A stretch of 64,000 nucleotides of DNA, taken from IMG/VR virus record IMGVR_UViG_3300006175_000002, positions 1-64,000 of that record; one strand, 5' to 3'. The notes beneath the pieces are model-generated. The model was not told where the DNA came from and searched no databases. It saw nothing but the letters and a program-made list of their open reading frames with translations. Positions 46,177-55,088 of the stretch are shown here, piece by piece; positions within the stretch are counted from its first letter, which is position 1; each line of letters opens with the position of its first letter. The DNA is from a virus. Made by a program: the position numbers and the translations under genes.

Positions 46177-49100
46177 CTAGCTGATTTTCGTGAGCAGTCG
46201 ACCCAACTGGTCTTCTGCCTGCTCGCGGATGGTCGGGTTGTCGGACCCGGCCATCTTTTGCAGGTAAGTGACGTAGTCGGCGTCGGCTGCCGCTTTTTGC
46301 AGTTGTGCCTGTTCGACCAGCGAAACGCGTTCCACGGGAACGATGGCGGGTGCTGTCGTCTGGGCTTTCGCGACGGTGACCGCGCCCCGGATCGGGGCCT
46401 GGGTCGGGTCGGGTGCTGCTCCCAACTCGTCGATTTCGGCGCGCAACGCGTCGATCTCGCGGCGGTGACTCTTGGTGGCCTTGACCACGGCGGACTTGAC
46501 GGCGCCCTTGATGAGCTGGGCGAGGGCGTACTCGTTGAGTCCGGCCGCCACGGGCGGCTGCTCGTCGTAGTCGTCGTCGCTGTAGCTCTTGGTGGCGTAG
46601 GCGATCGCGGCCGGGTCGGTGGGGTGGGGTCGGCTGGTGGCCTGCATGTCGGCGGGCATCACGGGCCGCGACTCGGCCATGGGGCACATGCCGGGAATCG
46701 TGGCCACCAAGTGGTCGTGCAACGCCTTCATTGTGGTCGCGACCGCGGCGCGGCTCGCGGTGGTGTAGAAGTCGCGGGCGGCGCCGGACGCGGTCGATGT
46801 GGTGGGCAGGTTATCGCCCCGGTCCGACGGTGACTGCGCCTGGTGCCCTTCGGTGATCAAGCCGCGGTGGAAGTCGTCGGGGTGGATGGTGTGCGCCACG
46901 GGCGGCACCATCGGGATCCGGGTCGCGGGGGCCGTCATGGTGGCGTGGCCGGCGGCGATGTAGCCGCGCCGGTAGTCCTCAGGCTGCGGCGGTGGCCCGA
47001 AACTCTTCGCGACCATGTCGGCGCGGGCGTCGGCGAGCATCGCCGGCTCGAGGTGTTGGACGATGATGTCGGCGTTGTCGTGGAGGACACCGGCGTACAC
47101 AACCTCGGTGGTGTTGCCCGTTTCGGCGGCCTTGAGGACGAGGGTGTCGAACACGGACGGGTCAACGGCGTCGGCGACGCTGCTGAGCGCCGGGTAGGCC
47201 TGGGTGACGGCGCCCCATTCGTAGGCGGGGCACAGCGCGTCGTGCATGCGTTGGGTGGCGTAGGTCTTCATCACGCTCGCCGAGACGTGGTCGTGTTCGA
47301 TGTCGGGTGTGGTGGTCATGCCTGCGTCGGCCTCCAGTGCTTCGACGGCGTCGCCGTCCGGCTCGCGGTGCGGCCCGGCGGGTAGGACGTCGGGCGGCAG
47401 GAGCCGCTTCTTGTCGGATGGGGGGGCGGTGCTCTTAGCCATGTCGACTCCTGCTGCCTTGATTCTGTGAATGCCGCGTAGTTTCGCGTTCCGGCCGTAC
47501 GCTCCGGCGAGTTCGTCAACGAGCATGGGTTTAGTGAAGGGCTTGCCGTTGCTGCGTTTCGTGTCAACGTTCCACCGGTCGGCGAGCGCCCGAAGTTCGG
47601 CCGCCTTCATGCCGCCCATGATTGAGGCGGCCGCATCGCGGTTGGATGCTCCGGCGAGTTTGCGCCACGCGGCGTCGCCCGGGTGCTCGCCCTGACTGAC
47701 CGATGCTCGGGCTGCTTCGTCGCGCGCCGCCTGCGATCCGGGCATCGCCCGGACCGGTCCGTGGCCGAGCGGAGTAGATCCGGACAGTGTTCGGACGGGA
47801 GGCGCGTCGATCATGCCGCCGCCGCGTCGCATCCGCGCCTCATGCGCCGCCTGGTTGCCTTGGACGGTGGGGTAGATGCCCATGCCGGTCGAGTCGCCGA
47901 GCCGCCCCACCTTCGCGTCGTGCTCAGCGCGGAACCGGGCCACCGCCTGCTCCACGGCCGCCGCCTGCTCCTCGCGGGTTAGTTTCCGGGGCCCGGACGC
48001 GTCGTGAATCTGGTTGCTGCCGTGCCCGTACGGGTTGATCGCGAACGAGTTCTCGAGCGCGCGGCGGTGTCGGTGTTCCCCGACCTGCCCGGCGATCTCG
48101 TGGGCCGGTGCGCCGCGGCGGGGCTTCACACCCTCCCGACGGGCCTCGGCCTGCCACGCGGGGCGGGACCGGCCGTCGAACGAGTCGTGACCGGGCCCCT
48201 TCGCCGGCTTCGCCCCACCCAACAGTTCGGTGTGGCGCTGCTCCCGCGCCTCCGCGAAGTGTCGGGCCGCGATCTCCCCGGCACGGGCCGCGGTCGTCGG
48301 CACCCGCTTCTGCGGCTTCTTGCCGTCGGCTTCCGCCCGTGCCCACTCCGCGCGTACCTCCTGCTCGATGCGGTGTTGCCTCTCAGTAAGGGCACGGTCG
48401 GCGTCATGCGTAGCCGGCACGTTACTGTCGTCCTCCGGTACCGGCCGTGCGTTGCCATGCGTGGACGGCACATTCCCGATGAACGAACCCGCCTTCGGCT
48501 CCGTTTCCTTACCGTGCCGCCGCTCCAACCGCTTCCGCTGCTCGTTCGCCTGCATCACGTGATGCATCGCCTGATCGTGCTGGCCGTGGGCGGCCTCGTC
48601 GTGCGCCATCGCCAAATGCTGATGCAGGTTCCGTTCCGCGACGGTCATCTTCCCCGACGTCGACGGCGCGCCGCTGGTGATCCTCCCGGCGTGCTCCATC
48701 AACCGGTCCGCCAACGCCTTATCCTTGTCGGAGTTGGCAACCATCGACGCCGCGTGCAGGTGGTTCGTCGCCTCAGCCCACTTGCCCTTAGCCATCGCCT
48801 CATGGTGGGCCTTCATGTGCCCATGCAGCCGCGGGTTCGGACCGGGCCCCACCCAGATCCAACCGTGTTTCCACTCGTGGACACCGGCCTTCGTCAGCAA
48901 CGCCTGCGCAGCCTTGCCGAGCATCTTCGGCAGCTTCTTCCCACAATCAGCGCAGCGCCGCGCGCCCGGCTCGTTGCTGGCACCGCACTTGAAACACTTC
49001 AACCCGCCGGCCTTCGTCACCATCGTGGCCTTCGGGAGTTTCTTGCCGCACCCCTCACACTTGCGGGTCTTCGCGTCCGCGTCATACGCCCGGCCGCACC

Positions 49101-50409
49101 CCTTGCACGACTTGCCGCCCTTGGTGAGGTCGGCCTCCATCATGTCCGTCTTCTCGTCCTCATCGTCGTCGATGGGGTCGTGGCGGAACGGGCGCTGCTG
49201 GCCTTGCAGGTTGTACGGCGCCAACCCGGTCGGATTCGGTGACGTTGTGGTGAAGTTCTTCCCCGTCCACGACTCCGGCAATGCCGCCTCGAACTCCGGA
49301 CCCTTCCGGCGAGCGATCGCGCGGAGCCGGGCCTTGAACTTACGCATCGGAATCAGCGGCTTCGCCCGGCCGTAGCTGGATACCGCGTCGGACACGTCAC
49401 CGGGGGAGTGGATCGGGAACCGGCGCCCGTCCGGGTCGATGAAGTCCTGCGCGTCCATCGCGTCCCGGTCGACGCCGCCACCCACGTTCGGGTCGACGTT
49501 GCGTTTCGCCAACCATGTCTGGTAGCCCTGCGCGGTACCGTCCAACCCCAACTCGTGGCCCTCAGCGTCCCACGCCTCCCACTGGCTCATCGCGGCCATC
49601 TTCGCCAGGAACGCGGTACCGGGGCCGATGTCGCTGGCGGGGGCCTTCGGTTCCCGGGCCAACCAGTCGGCGCGGGCCGTAGCGTACGACTTCTGCGTGT
49701 CCTCGGGCTCGCCGTCGTCTTTCTTGCCGTCGCCGTTGTCGCCGCCGTCGGTGTCGTCTTCCTGCTCCTGCACGTCCTCGTCCTGAGCGTCGTCAGCTTC
49801 CGCCTTGCCGCCCTTCGCGTCGCCCTCGTCGGGCTTGCCGCCCTTGGTCACCAGCGCCGCCGCCTCGGCCTTCACGAGCAGGTCAACAAGGTCACCGTGA
49901 GTCCACGCCGCGTCGTCGCCGGCGGATTTGACCAGCGTGATCCCGCACCCGTCGTTCGCGGGCCGGTCCACGAGGCTGATCTCCGCTACTTCCCCGCCGG
50001 TCACGATCCCACCACGCGCCTTACCGGTGAGGTCCCGTTTGATCGTGGGCCGGGCGATCCCGACGGAGTAGGCGCGGAGCACACCGGCGCGGACCAGTTT
50101 CATCGCGGTCGGTTCCACGATCAGCGACTTCACCCAGTGCCCGCCGTCGCCGTCGCGGTCAACCTCGACGGAAACACCGCGGCCGGCTGGATAGAGCTGT
50201 GGATTATGGGAGACGCGTACGTTTCCGCCCGTCTCGAGCCATTTCTGGATCGCCGATCCGGACCACTCCGGCGAGACAACTTGATCATCGGCATCGACAC
50301 GACCATCGCTCGCCTTGCCATAGACCATGATGCCGTCGTCGACCTCCTCCATCTTGGCGATGGGGATGCTCATGTAGAGCTTGTGGTCTGCTGCCAAGGT
50401 GGCGGCCAT
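46177..50409 (-). CDS. HK97-type prohead protease fused to a long scaffold/mosaic extension (DUF6582-like domain, double Zn ribbon, HGW module)
   Basis: VYG.AS...D.D.Q, SH, YSVG, EISLVDRPAN; 1410 aa. Confidence 0.85.
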   Translation of the reverse strand: MAATLAADHKLYMSIPIAKMEEVDDGIMVYGKASDGRVDADDQVVSPEWSGSAIQKWLETGGNVRVSHNPQLYPAGRGVSVEVDRDGDGGHWVKSLIVEPTAMKLVRAGVLRAYSVGIARPTIKRDLTGKARGGIVTGGEVAEISLVDRPANDGCGITLVKSAGDDAAWTHGDLVDLLVKAEAAALVTKGGKPDEGDAKGGKAEADDAQDEDVQEQEDDTDGGDNGDGKKDDGEPEDTQKSYATARADWLAREPKAPASDIGPGTAFLAKMAAMSQWEAWDAEGHELGLDGTAQGYQTWLAKRNVDPNVGGGVDRDAMDAQDFIDPDGRRFPIHSPGDVSDAVSSYGRAKPLIPMRKFKARLRAIARRKGPEFEAALPESWTGKNFTTTSPNPTGLAPYNLQGQQRPFRHDPIDDDEDEKTDMMEADLTKGGKSCKGCGRAYDADAKTRKCEGCGKKLPKATMVTKAGGLKCFKCGASNEPGARRCADCGKKLPKMLGKAAQALLTKAGVHEWKHGWIWVGPGPNPRLHGHMKAHHEAMAKGKWAEATNHLHAASMVANSDKDKALADRLMEHAGRITSGAPSTSGKMTVAERNLHQHLAMAHDEAAHGQHDQAMHHVMQANEQRKRLERRHGKETEPKAGSFIGNVPSTHGNARPVPEDDSNVPATHDADRALTERQHRIEQEVRAEWARAEADGKKPQKRVPTTAARAGEIAARHFAEAREQRHTELLGGAKPAKGPGHDSFDGRSRPAWQAEARREGVKPRRGAPAHEIAGQVGEHRHRRALENSFAINPYGHGSNQIHDASGPRKLTREEQAAAVEQAVARFRAEHDAKVGRLGDSTGMGIYPTVQGNQAAHEARMRRGGGMIDAPPVRTLSGSTPLGHGPVRAMPGSQAARDEAARASVSQGEHPGDAAWRKLAGASNRDAAASIMGGMKAAELRALADRWNVDTKRSNGKPFTKPMLVDELAGAYGRNAKLRGIHRIKAAGVDMAKSTAPPSDKKRLLPPDVLPAGPHREPDGDAVEALEADAGMTTTPDIEHDHVSASVMKTYATQRMHDALCPAYEWGAVTQAYPALSSVADAVDPSVFDTLVLKAAETGNTTEVVYAGVLHDNADIIVQHLEPAMLADARADMVAKSFGPPPQPEDYRRGYIAAGHATMTAPATRIPMVPPVAHTIHPDDFHRGLITEGHQAQSPSDRGDNLPTTSTASGAARDFYTTASRAAVATTMKALHDHLVATIPGMCPMAESRPVMPADMQATSRPHPTDPAAIAYATKSYSDDDYDEQPPVAAGLNEYALAQLIKGAVKSAVVKATKSHRREIDALRAEIDELGAAPDPTQAPIRGAVTVAKAQTTAPAIVPVERVSLVEQAQLQKAAADADYVTYLQKMAGSDNPTIREQAEDQLGRLLTKIS

Positions 50410-50486
50410 CGCGACTCCTTACTTCGACATTGGTGCGCAAGAGATCTGCGCACCCGACAGGGCGCGCTGATGGAGGGGGTGGCGGG

Positions 50487-53400
50487 TCAGGCGGCGAGGA
50501 GTACGGTGCGGGCTTTCCACACGTACTCGGCGGCGCGGAGGATCATGCTGTATTCGTCGGCGGTCAACGCGGCCTTGTTCGCGGAGCCTTGCGCCTGGGC
50601 GCGGCGTACCCGCTCCTCCCAGTCGGCTTCGATCCGGTTCGCGACTTCGGTGTAGAGCTTGGCCATGTCCTGCCACGTCTTGTACCGGTTGTCGTAGCGG
50701 CCGAGGTCGCTGGCGTCGGCGTCGGCGATGTTGCGTTGCCGTAGCTCGGCGGCTTCCCGCAACCGCTGCACGGCTTCGGTGGGGGACAGCCGGTTCGCGA
50801 CGGAGGTGTTGCGGTGGAAGCCTTGCAGGATCTGTTGCAGCGTCGAGTCTGCCGCCTGGGTGGTGCCGTACTGGTTGGTCAGGCCGGATGGTACGCCGAG
50901 CCCGTCGGCGGCTTCTGTGATGTGCTGGGCAACGTTGGCCGGGGTGAACGGCATGGGTTTGGGTCCGTACCGGTGGACGTGGGCTTGTTCCGCGGCGGCG
51001 TGGGCGAGGCTGCCGGTGGTGTGGTTGGTGGAGTCGTGCGAGACGAGTTTGGTACTGCCGCGCCGTTCAGGTTCGACAACGATCGCCGAGTACGGATCTG
51101 AGGGTTTGCGCTCATCAGGTACGACCCATGCCCGGTTCGTGCCGGGTGCGGCGTCCCAGACCCGTCCGGTGCGTTGACTGGTGGTGCCGTCTTCGTGGTG
51201 GTGGGTCCAGGCAACCTTGGCGCCGGGGTCCAGGCCGGTCGGTTCAACGTAGTTGACCTCGGCGGGGGCTTTCGGAGCGAGGCCATGGGTACCACGGCGG
51301 GCCGGCTTCGGGATCAGCGACGGCAGCGGCTTCACCTTGACCGGTGGGGCGTCCTTCACGTGGGGTTGCAGGACGGCCTTGATTTCCTCCAGCGACCCGA
51401 ACGGCTTCCCCTCGTTGTCGGACGCCTGGGGCCGGTCGGGGTGCCACCGGTTCGCGCGGGCAGCGGCGATGGCTGGACCCTCGTCGATCGTGCCGGTCGG
51501 GAGGACATGGAACTTGTCGCGGTTGAAGCCGGCAGGGACCTTGACGGGGCTGCTGGTCGGGTGGTCGCCGAGGTCGCCGTACCGCAGCGGATGGTACGTC
51601 TTGACTTCACCGTCCTTGCTGGCGCTGGCCACGCGAACCAACTCGAACTGCTTGCCCTCCTGCCGGCCGCCGCCCTGGTGGTACGTGGTGGACGTGGTTT
51701 CGCGGATGGCGAGGTCACCATGCTTGGCGCGGGCGCCGGTGACTACCGGCCGGCTGGCGGCGAGCGCCTGCCGGGCCGCTGCGGCGCGGGTCGCTTGCTC
51801 GGCTGCGGCGGCTTCCGCCCGGACTCGTTCGGCGGCGGCCTGCGCCTGCATCTCCTTGACCTTGGCGGCTTCGCCTGCGAGGACCTTTGCGTCTTCGTCG
51901 GTGGGCTTGACGTGGATCTGGTTCAGCGGTACCCAGTTCGGGTACTTCCGCTCGCCTTCGGTGGAAACCACGGCGCCGTCGATGCCGTGGTTTCGTTCGA
52001 GTCGTACGACGTGGCCGGTGCTGAACCCACCGTGCTTGACTCGGTCGCCGGCCTGGACCGGGCGGGATGAGCGGGTGGCGGGCATCGTGAACTCGTGCGC
52101 GTCGTTCGGCCGGGCCGGCTCGCCGAGCGAGGCAGGCAGGTCGGTCTGCGACACCCGTGGCATCTCGGTGCCGGTACGCCCGAACACGCTGCCCGGCTTG
52201 CGTAGCTGCCCGGTCCGCTCCTTGTAGCCGACGGATTGGTTAACCAACTGTTCGATCAAGTCGGCTTTCTTCGTCTTCCTGGGGCCGAATGATCGGTAAT
52301 TGTGCTGACGCCGGTAGGAGTCGTTGATGTCGCGCAACTCGGTCATGCTGCGACCTTGGAGCATCGCCCTAGCCTGGTCCTTGCTGGTGGCCTCGTGGAG
52401 TCGCCTGGATACCTGCCACGATTCTTCTTTGGGCGGCTCGGGCGGCTTGACAATGCTCTCCGGCACCGCGACGGCAACGGCTGGCGCCTCCGCCTTCGGT
52501 GTCGCCGGCCGGTGGTCGGTGACCCGCGCCCACGGGTATTTGACGTCCATGCCGCGACCGGCGTCGATCTGGACGGTCTTCTCGTTGGCTTTCTGGACCC
52601 GCCACCACGTTCCGTCGACCTTGATAGCGTCCCCGGCCGACACGGTGTGCTTGCTGTACTTGCCGGCGGCGTCCCGCCGGGCGGTCAACTCCTTGAGTTG
52701 CGCCTCGGCGCGGATGTGCTGCGACTGGGCTGCGTCCCGCGCTTTGCGCGCCTCGACGTAGCGGCTCAGTTGCGCATCAGTGCTGCCCCGCCGGCCACCG
52801 CCGCTGCCGCCGGTACCGAGGGGGAAGTGTTCCCCGAGTGCTTCGGCTTTCGGGTCACGGGATGCCGCCTGAAATGCTGCCTCGGCCCGGTCGAGGCGTT
52901 CCCGGGTGACCTTGACGCGGGCCTCAGCATCGGCGATCTTACGGTCACCACCCGATGGCGCCGCCGCCGGCAGGTCGGCCTTTTGGCGCTCGATCTCGCT
53001 CCGGATCTGGTCGTACAGGCTCCGCGGCGGGGGGTTGGCCGTGTTCGCGAACACGGCGTCCAGGTTCTCGTCGGTGGGTTCATCCGTGCGCCCCTCGCGC
53101 ACCACGTCCGCGATCCACTTGCCGGCGAACGACGAGGCGCGGCTCTGGTCCTTGGCCTCTTGCGACCCCCGCGCAGGTACCGCCGCTGCCGGAGTTGGCG
53201 CAACGGGCGCCGGCGGCTTGACTACCGCCGCCGGGCCCATGCGGTCCGTCTGCACCTGCGCATCCGCCGCCAGCCGATGCTCCGACTCGGACAGTGGGCG
53301 CTTCTTCGACGCGTTGTGCGCCACCCGGGACACGAAACTCATCCGCTCCGGCCCGGTAGCGGAATGCTCGAACGCCGCCTTGTGACCCGAGGAGAAGTGA

Positions 53401-53633
53401 ACCTCGCTGGTCTTCTTCCCCGCCCGTACCACCCTGCCGTGCCCGTGCGTCGGGTGGTGCACCAGCGAACCGACACCGGGTGCCCCGACGAAGATCCAGC
53501 CGTGTTCGTAGCCCTTCGGGCCGACCTTCAGCAGCTCCGCCCGTGCCTGCTCGCAGACCATCGGATCCGCCGACTTCGTCAGCCCAACTAGGTACGCCAC
53601 GTACTCCTCGTCGACCAGTACGGCAGTGTCCAC
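50487..53633 (-). CDS. Large mosaic head-associated protein (putative internal cargo)
   Basis: Scaffold-like N-terminal tag, LLKVGPKGYEHGW, several SH3/Tudor-like and HEH-like modules. Confidence 0.7.
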   Translation of the reverse strand: MDTAVLVDEEYVAYLVGLTKSADPMVCEQARAELLKVGPKGYEHGWIFVGAPGVGSLVHHPTHGHGRVVRAGKKTSEVHFSSGHKAAFEHSATGPERMSFVSRVAHNASKKRPLSESEHRLAADAQVQTDRMGPAAVVKPPAPVAPTPAAAVPARGSQEAKDQSRASSFAGKWIADVVREGRTDEPTDENLDAVFANTANPPPRSLYDQIRSEIERQKADLPAAAPSGGDRKIADAEARVKVTRERLDRAEAAFQAASRDPKAEALGEHFPLGTGGSGGGRRGSTDAQLSRYVEARKARDAAQSQHIRAEAQLKELTARRDAAGKYSKHTVSAGDAIKVDGTWWRVQKANEKTVQIDAGRGMDVKYPWARVTDHRPATPKAEAPAVAVAVPESIVKPPEPPKEESWQVSRRLHEATSKDQARAMLQGRSMTELRDINDSYRRQHNYRSFGPRKTKKADLIEQLVNQSVGYKERTGQLRKPGSVFGRTGTEMPRVSQTDLPASLGEPARPNDAHEFTMPATRSSRPVQAGDRVKHGGFSTGHVVRLERNHGIDGAVVSTEGERKYPNWVPLNQIHVKPTDEDAKVLAGEAAKVKEMQAQAAAERVRAEAAAAEQATRAAAARQALAASRPVVTGARAKHGDLAIRETTSTTYHQGGGRQEGKQFELVRVASASKDGEVKTYHPLRYGDLGDHPTSSPVKVPAGFNRDKFHVLPTGTIDEGPAIAAARANRWHPDRPQASDNEGKPFGSLEEIKAVLQPHVKDAPPVKVKPLPSLIPKPARRGTHGLAPKAPAEVNYVEPTGLDPGAKVAWTHHHEDGTTSQRTGRVWDAAPGTNRAWVVPDERKPSDPYSAIVVEPERRGSTKLVSHDSTNHTTGSLAHAAAEQAHVHRYGPKPMPFTPANVAQHITEAADGLGVPSGLTNQYGTTQAADSTLQQILQGFHRNTSVANRLSPTEAVQRLREAAELRQRNIADADASDLGRYDNRYKTWQDMAKLYTEVANRIEADWEERVRRAQAQGSANKAALTADEYSMILRAAEYVWKARTVLLAA

Positions 53634-53636
53634 CGG

Positions 53637-55088
53637 TCATGCCCCCTTCGGCGGTTTCGGCAACGCGTTCGCGTACTGGTCAAGCTTCTCCGCCAACTCG
53701 CGGGCCTGAGCAGGCGTCAGGGACGACATCCACCCCTGCTCCCGCTCGTCCTGTGACATCGGATCCCACGGCTTATCGCCGCGCTCATGGGCGGTGACAC
53801 GAATGATCGGCTGGTCGCCGGTGGTGTCGAGGTGCATGTGCAGATCAGTCGGGTCCATGTCTAGGTCCCGCTTTTCCTTCACGACCCGGCGGAGCCGTTT
53901 CTCATCCACGCTCGATGCTGGGATATGCGGGGCGAGGAGGGCGAGGAGGTCCTTGTAGGTGATCGGTAGTTCCTCGCCGTCGATATCCATCTTGTCGCCG
54001 AGTTCGATCCGGTTCCGTTCGGCGTAGTTCTGGATCAGTTCGGCAGCGCGGGAGTGTTTCGTCGGCTTCGTGATGGTGGGTTTCTCACCCGACTCAGCAA
54101 TCGTGGCAAGGTCGCGGAGGTGGTCGGCGGCCTGGCGGGCGCCTTTCGCGTCGAGGTTGGCCGTCGATGGCGTCGTTGATCCGCTGGTGGTTTCGACACC
54201 GATTTCGGGGGCATCGTCGTCGTAGTTGAAGATGTGCAGATCAACGGGGGTGTTGCCGGTTTCGATGCGGTGGCTGGCGTGGTAGGTGATACCGGAATGA
54301 TTCGCCCGACCGCTGGTGTATCCGAGCGCATCATGCACACCCGCGTCGACGGGGATCCATCCGTGCCAGTACTTCTGGCCCGGCTTCGGGATCCGGTCCC
54401 CTTCCGCCTTGATTAGGGTGGCCGCCGCGTTCTTCTTCTTGACCTTGTGGCCCTTACCCCACGCCGCCGTGGCCGCCGACAGGGCTGTCTGCTCGGCAGA
54501 GATTCGGCTCTCGACGGCCTTCAGCGCGGCAACGGCCCCGACCCGGCGGCGAGCCATTGTGGCCTGCGTGTGGGCGGTCGCGTTGGCTTTGCCCGCTTCG
54601 GCGTCGAGCGCGGCGACCCGGGCGGCGAGTTTCGCCTGTCGGGCTTTGAGGTGGGCCATGGTGACGGCGATACGCAGGATCGCGGCGGCGGCAGCCCGTT
54701 TCGCCGGCGACATGTGCCGCATGCTGTTCGGGATGCCGTACTGTTTGCGGGCGGCTTCCCGGGCGGCGTGGGAGTCGGCGTAGCCGCTGTGTGCGGCATC
54801 GTCGCGGGCGAGCCGGTCAGCGACCTCGCCGCCCTGGACGGCGTCGTCGTAGCGGGACTGGGCATCGTGCTGGCGGCGTTCCCGCCCGCGGCGCTGCGAC
54901 GTTTCGGACGTGGTGGTAGTGGTACCACCAGTGGTCCACCGGCCGGCGGCGCGGGGTTCGGCGAGGTTGAACCCGTACTTGAGGAGCGTGTCACGGGCCT
55001 GCTCCGCGGTGGTGCGGTCAGCGGATTTGGTGAGCACTGTGAGGTAGGCGATGTACTCGTCGGGGTCGACGTTGGTTAGGACAGCCAC
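53637..55088 (-). CDS. Mosaic head-associated protein (putative internal cargo)
   Basis: Same N-terminal tag; LLKYGFN...PR..GRW; LIK...YWHGWIP. Confidence 0.7.
   Translation of the reverse strand: MAVLTNVDPDEYIAYLTVLTKSADRTTAEQARDTLLKYGFNLAEPRAAGRWTTGGTTTTTSETSQRRGRERRQHDAQSRYDDAVQGGEVADRLARDDAAHSGYADSHAAREAARKQYGIPNSMRHMSPAKRAAAAAILRIAVTMAHLKARQAKLAARVAALDAEAGKANATAHTQATMARRRVGAVAALKAVESRISAEQTALSAATAAWGKGHKVKKKNAAATLIKAEGDRIPKPGQKYWHGWIPVDAGVHDALGYTSGRANHSGITYHASHRIETGNTPVDLHIFNYDDDAPEIGVETTSGSTTPSTANLDAKGARQAADHLRDLATIAESGEKPTITKPTKHSRAAELIQNYAERNRIELGDKMDIDGEELPITYKDLLALLAPHIPASSVDEKRLRRVVKEKRDLDMDPTDLHMHLDTTGDQPIIRVTAHERGDKPWDPMSQDEREQGWMSSLTPAQARELAEKLDQYANALPKPPKGA

Noticed and set aside
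44276-46687. 803-aa capsid start given in the ORF track
   Set aside because: The extension overlaps the protease gene. ATG 46150 has an SD (GAAAGGG) and gives a coherent 624-aa protein.
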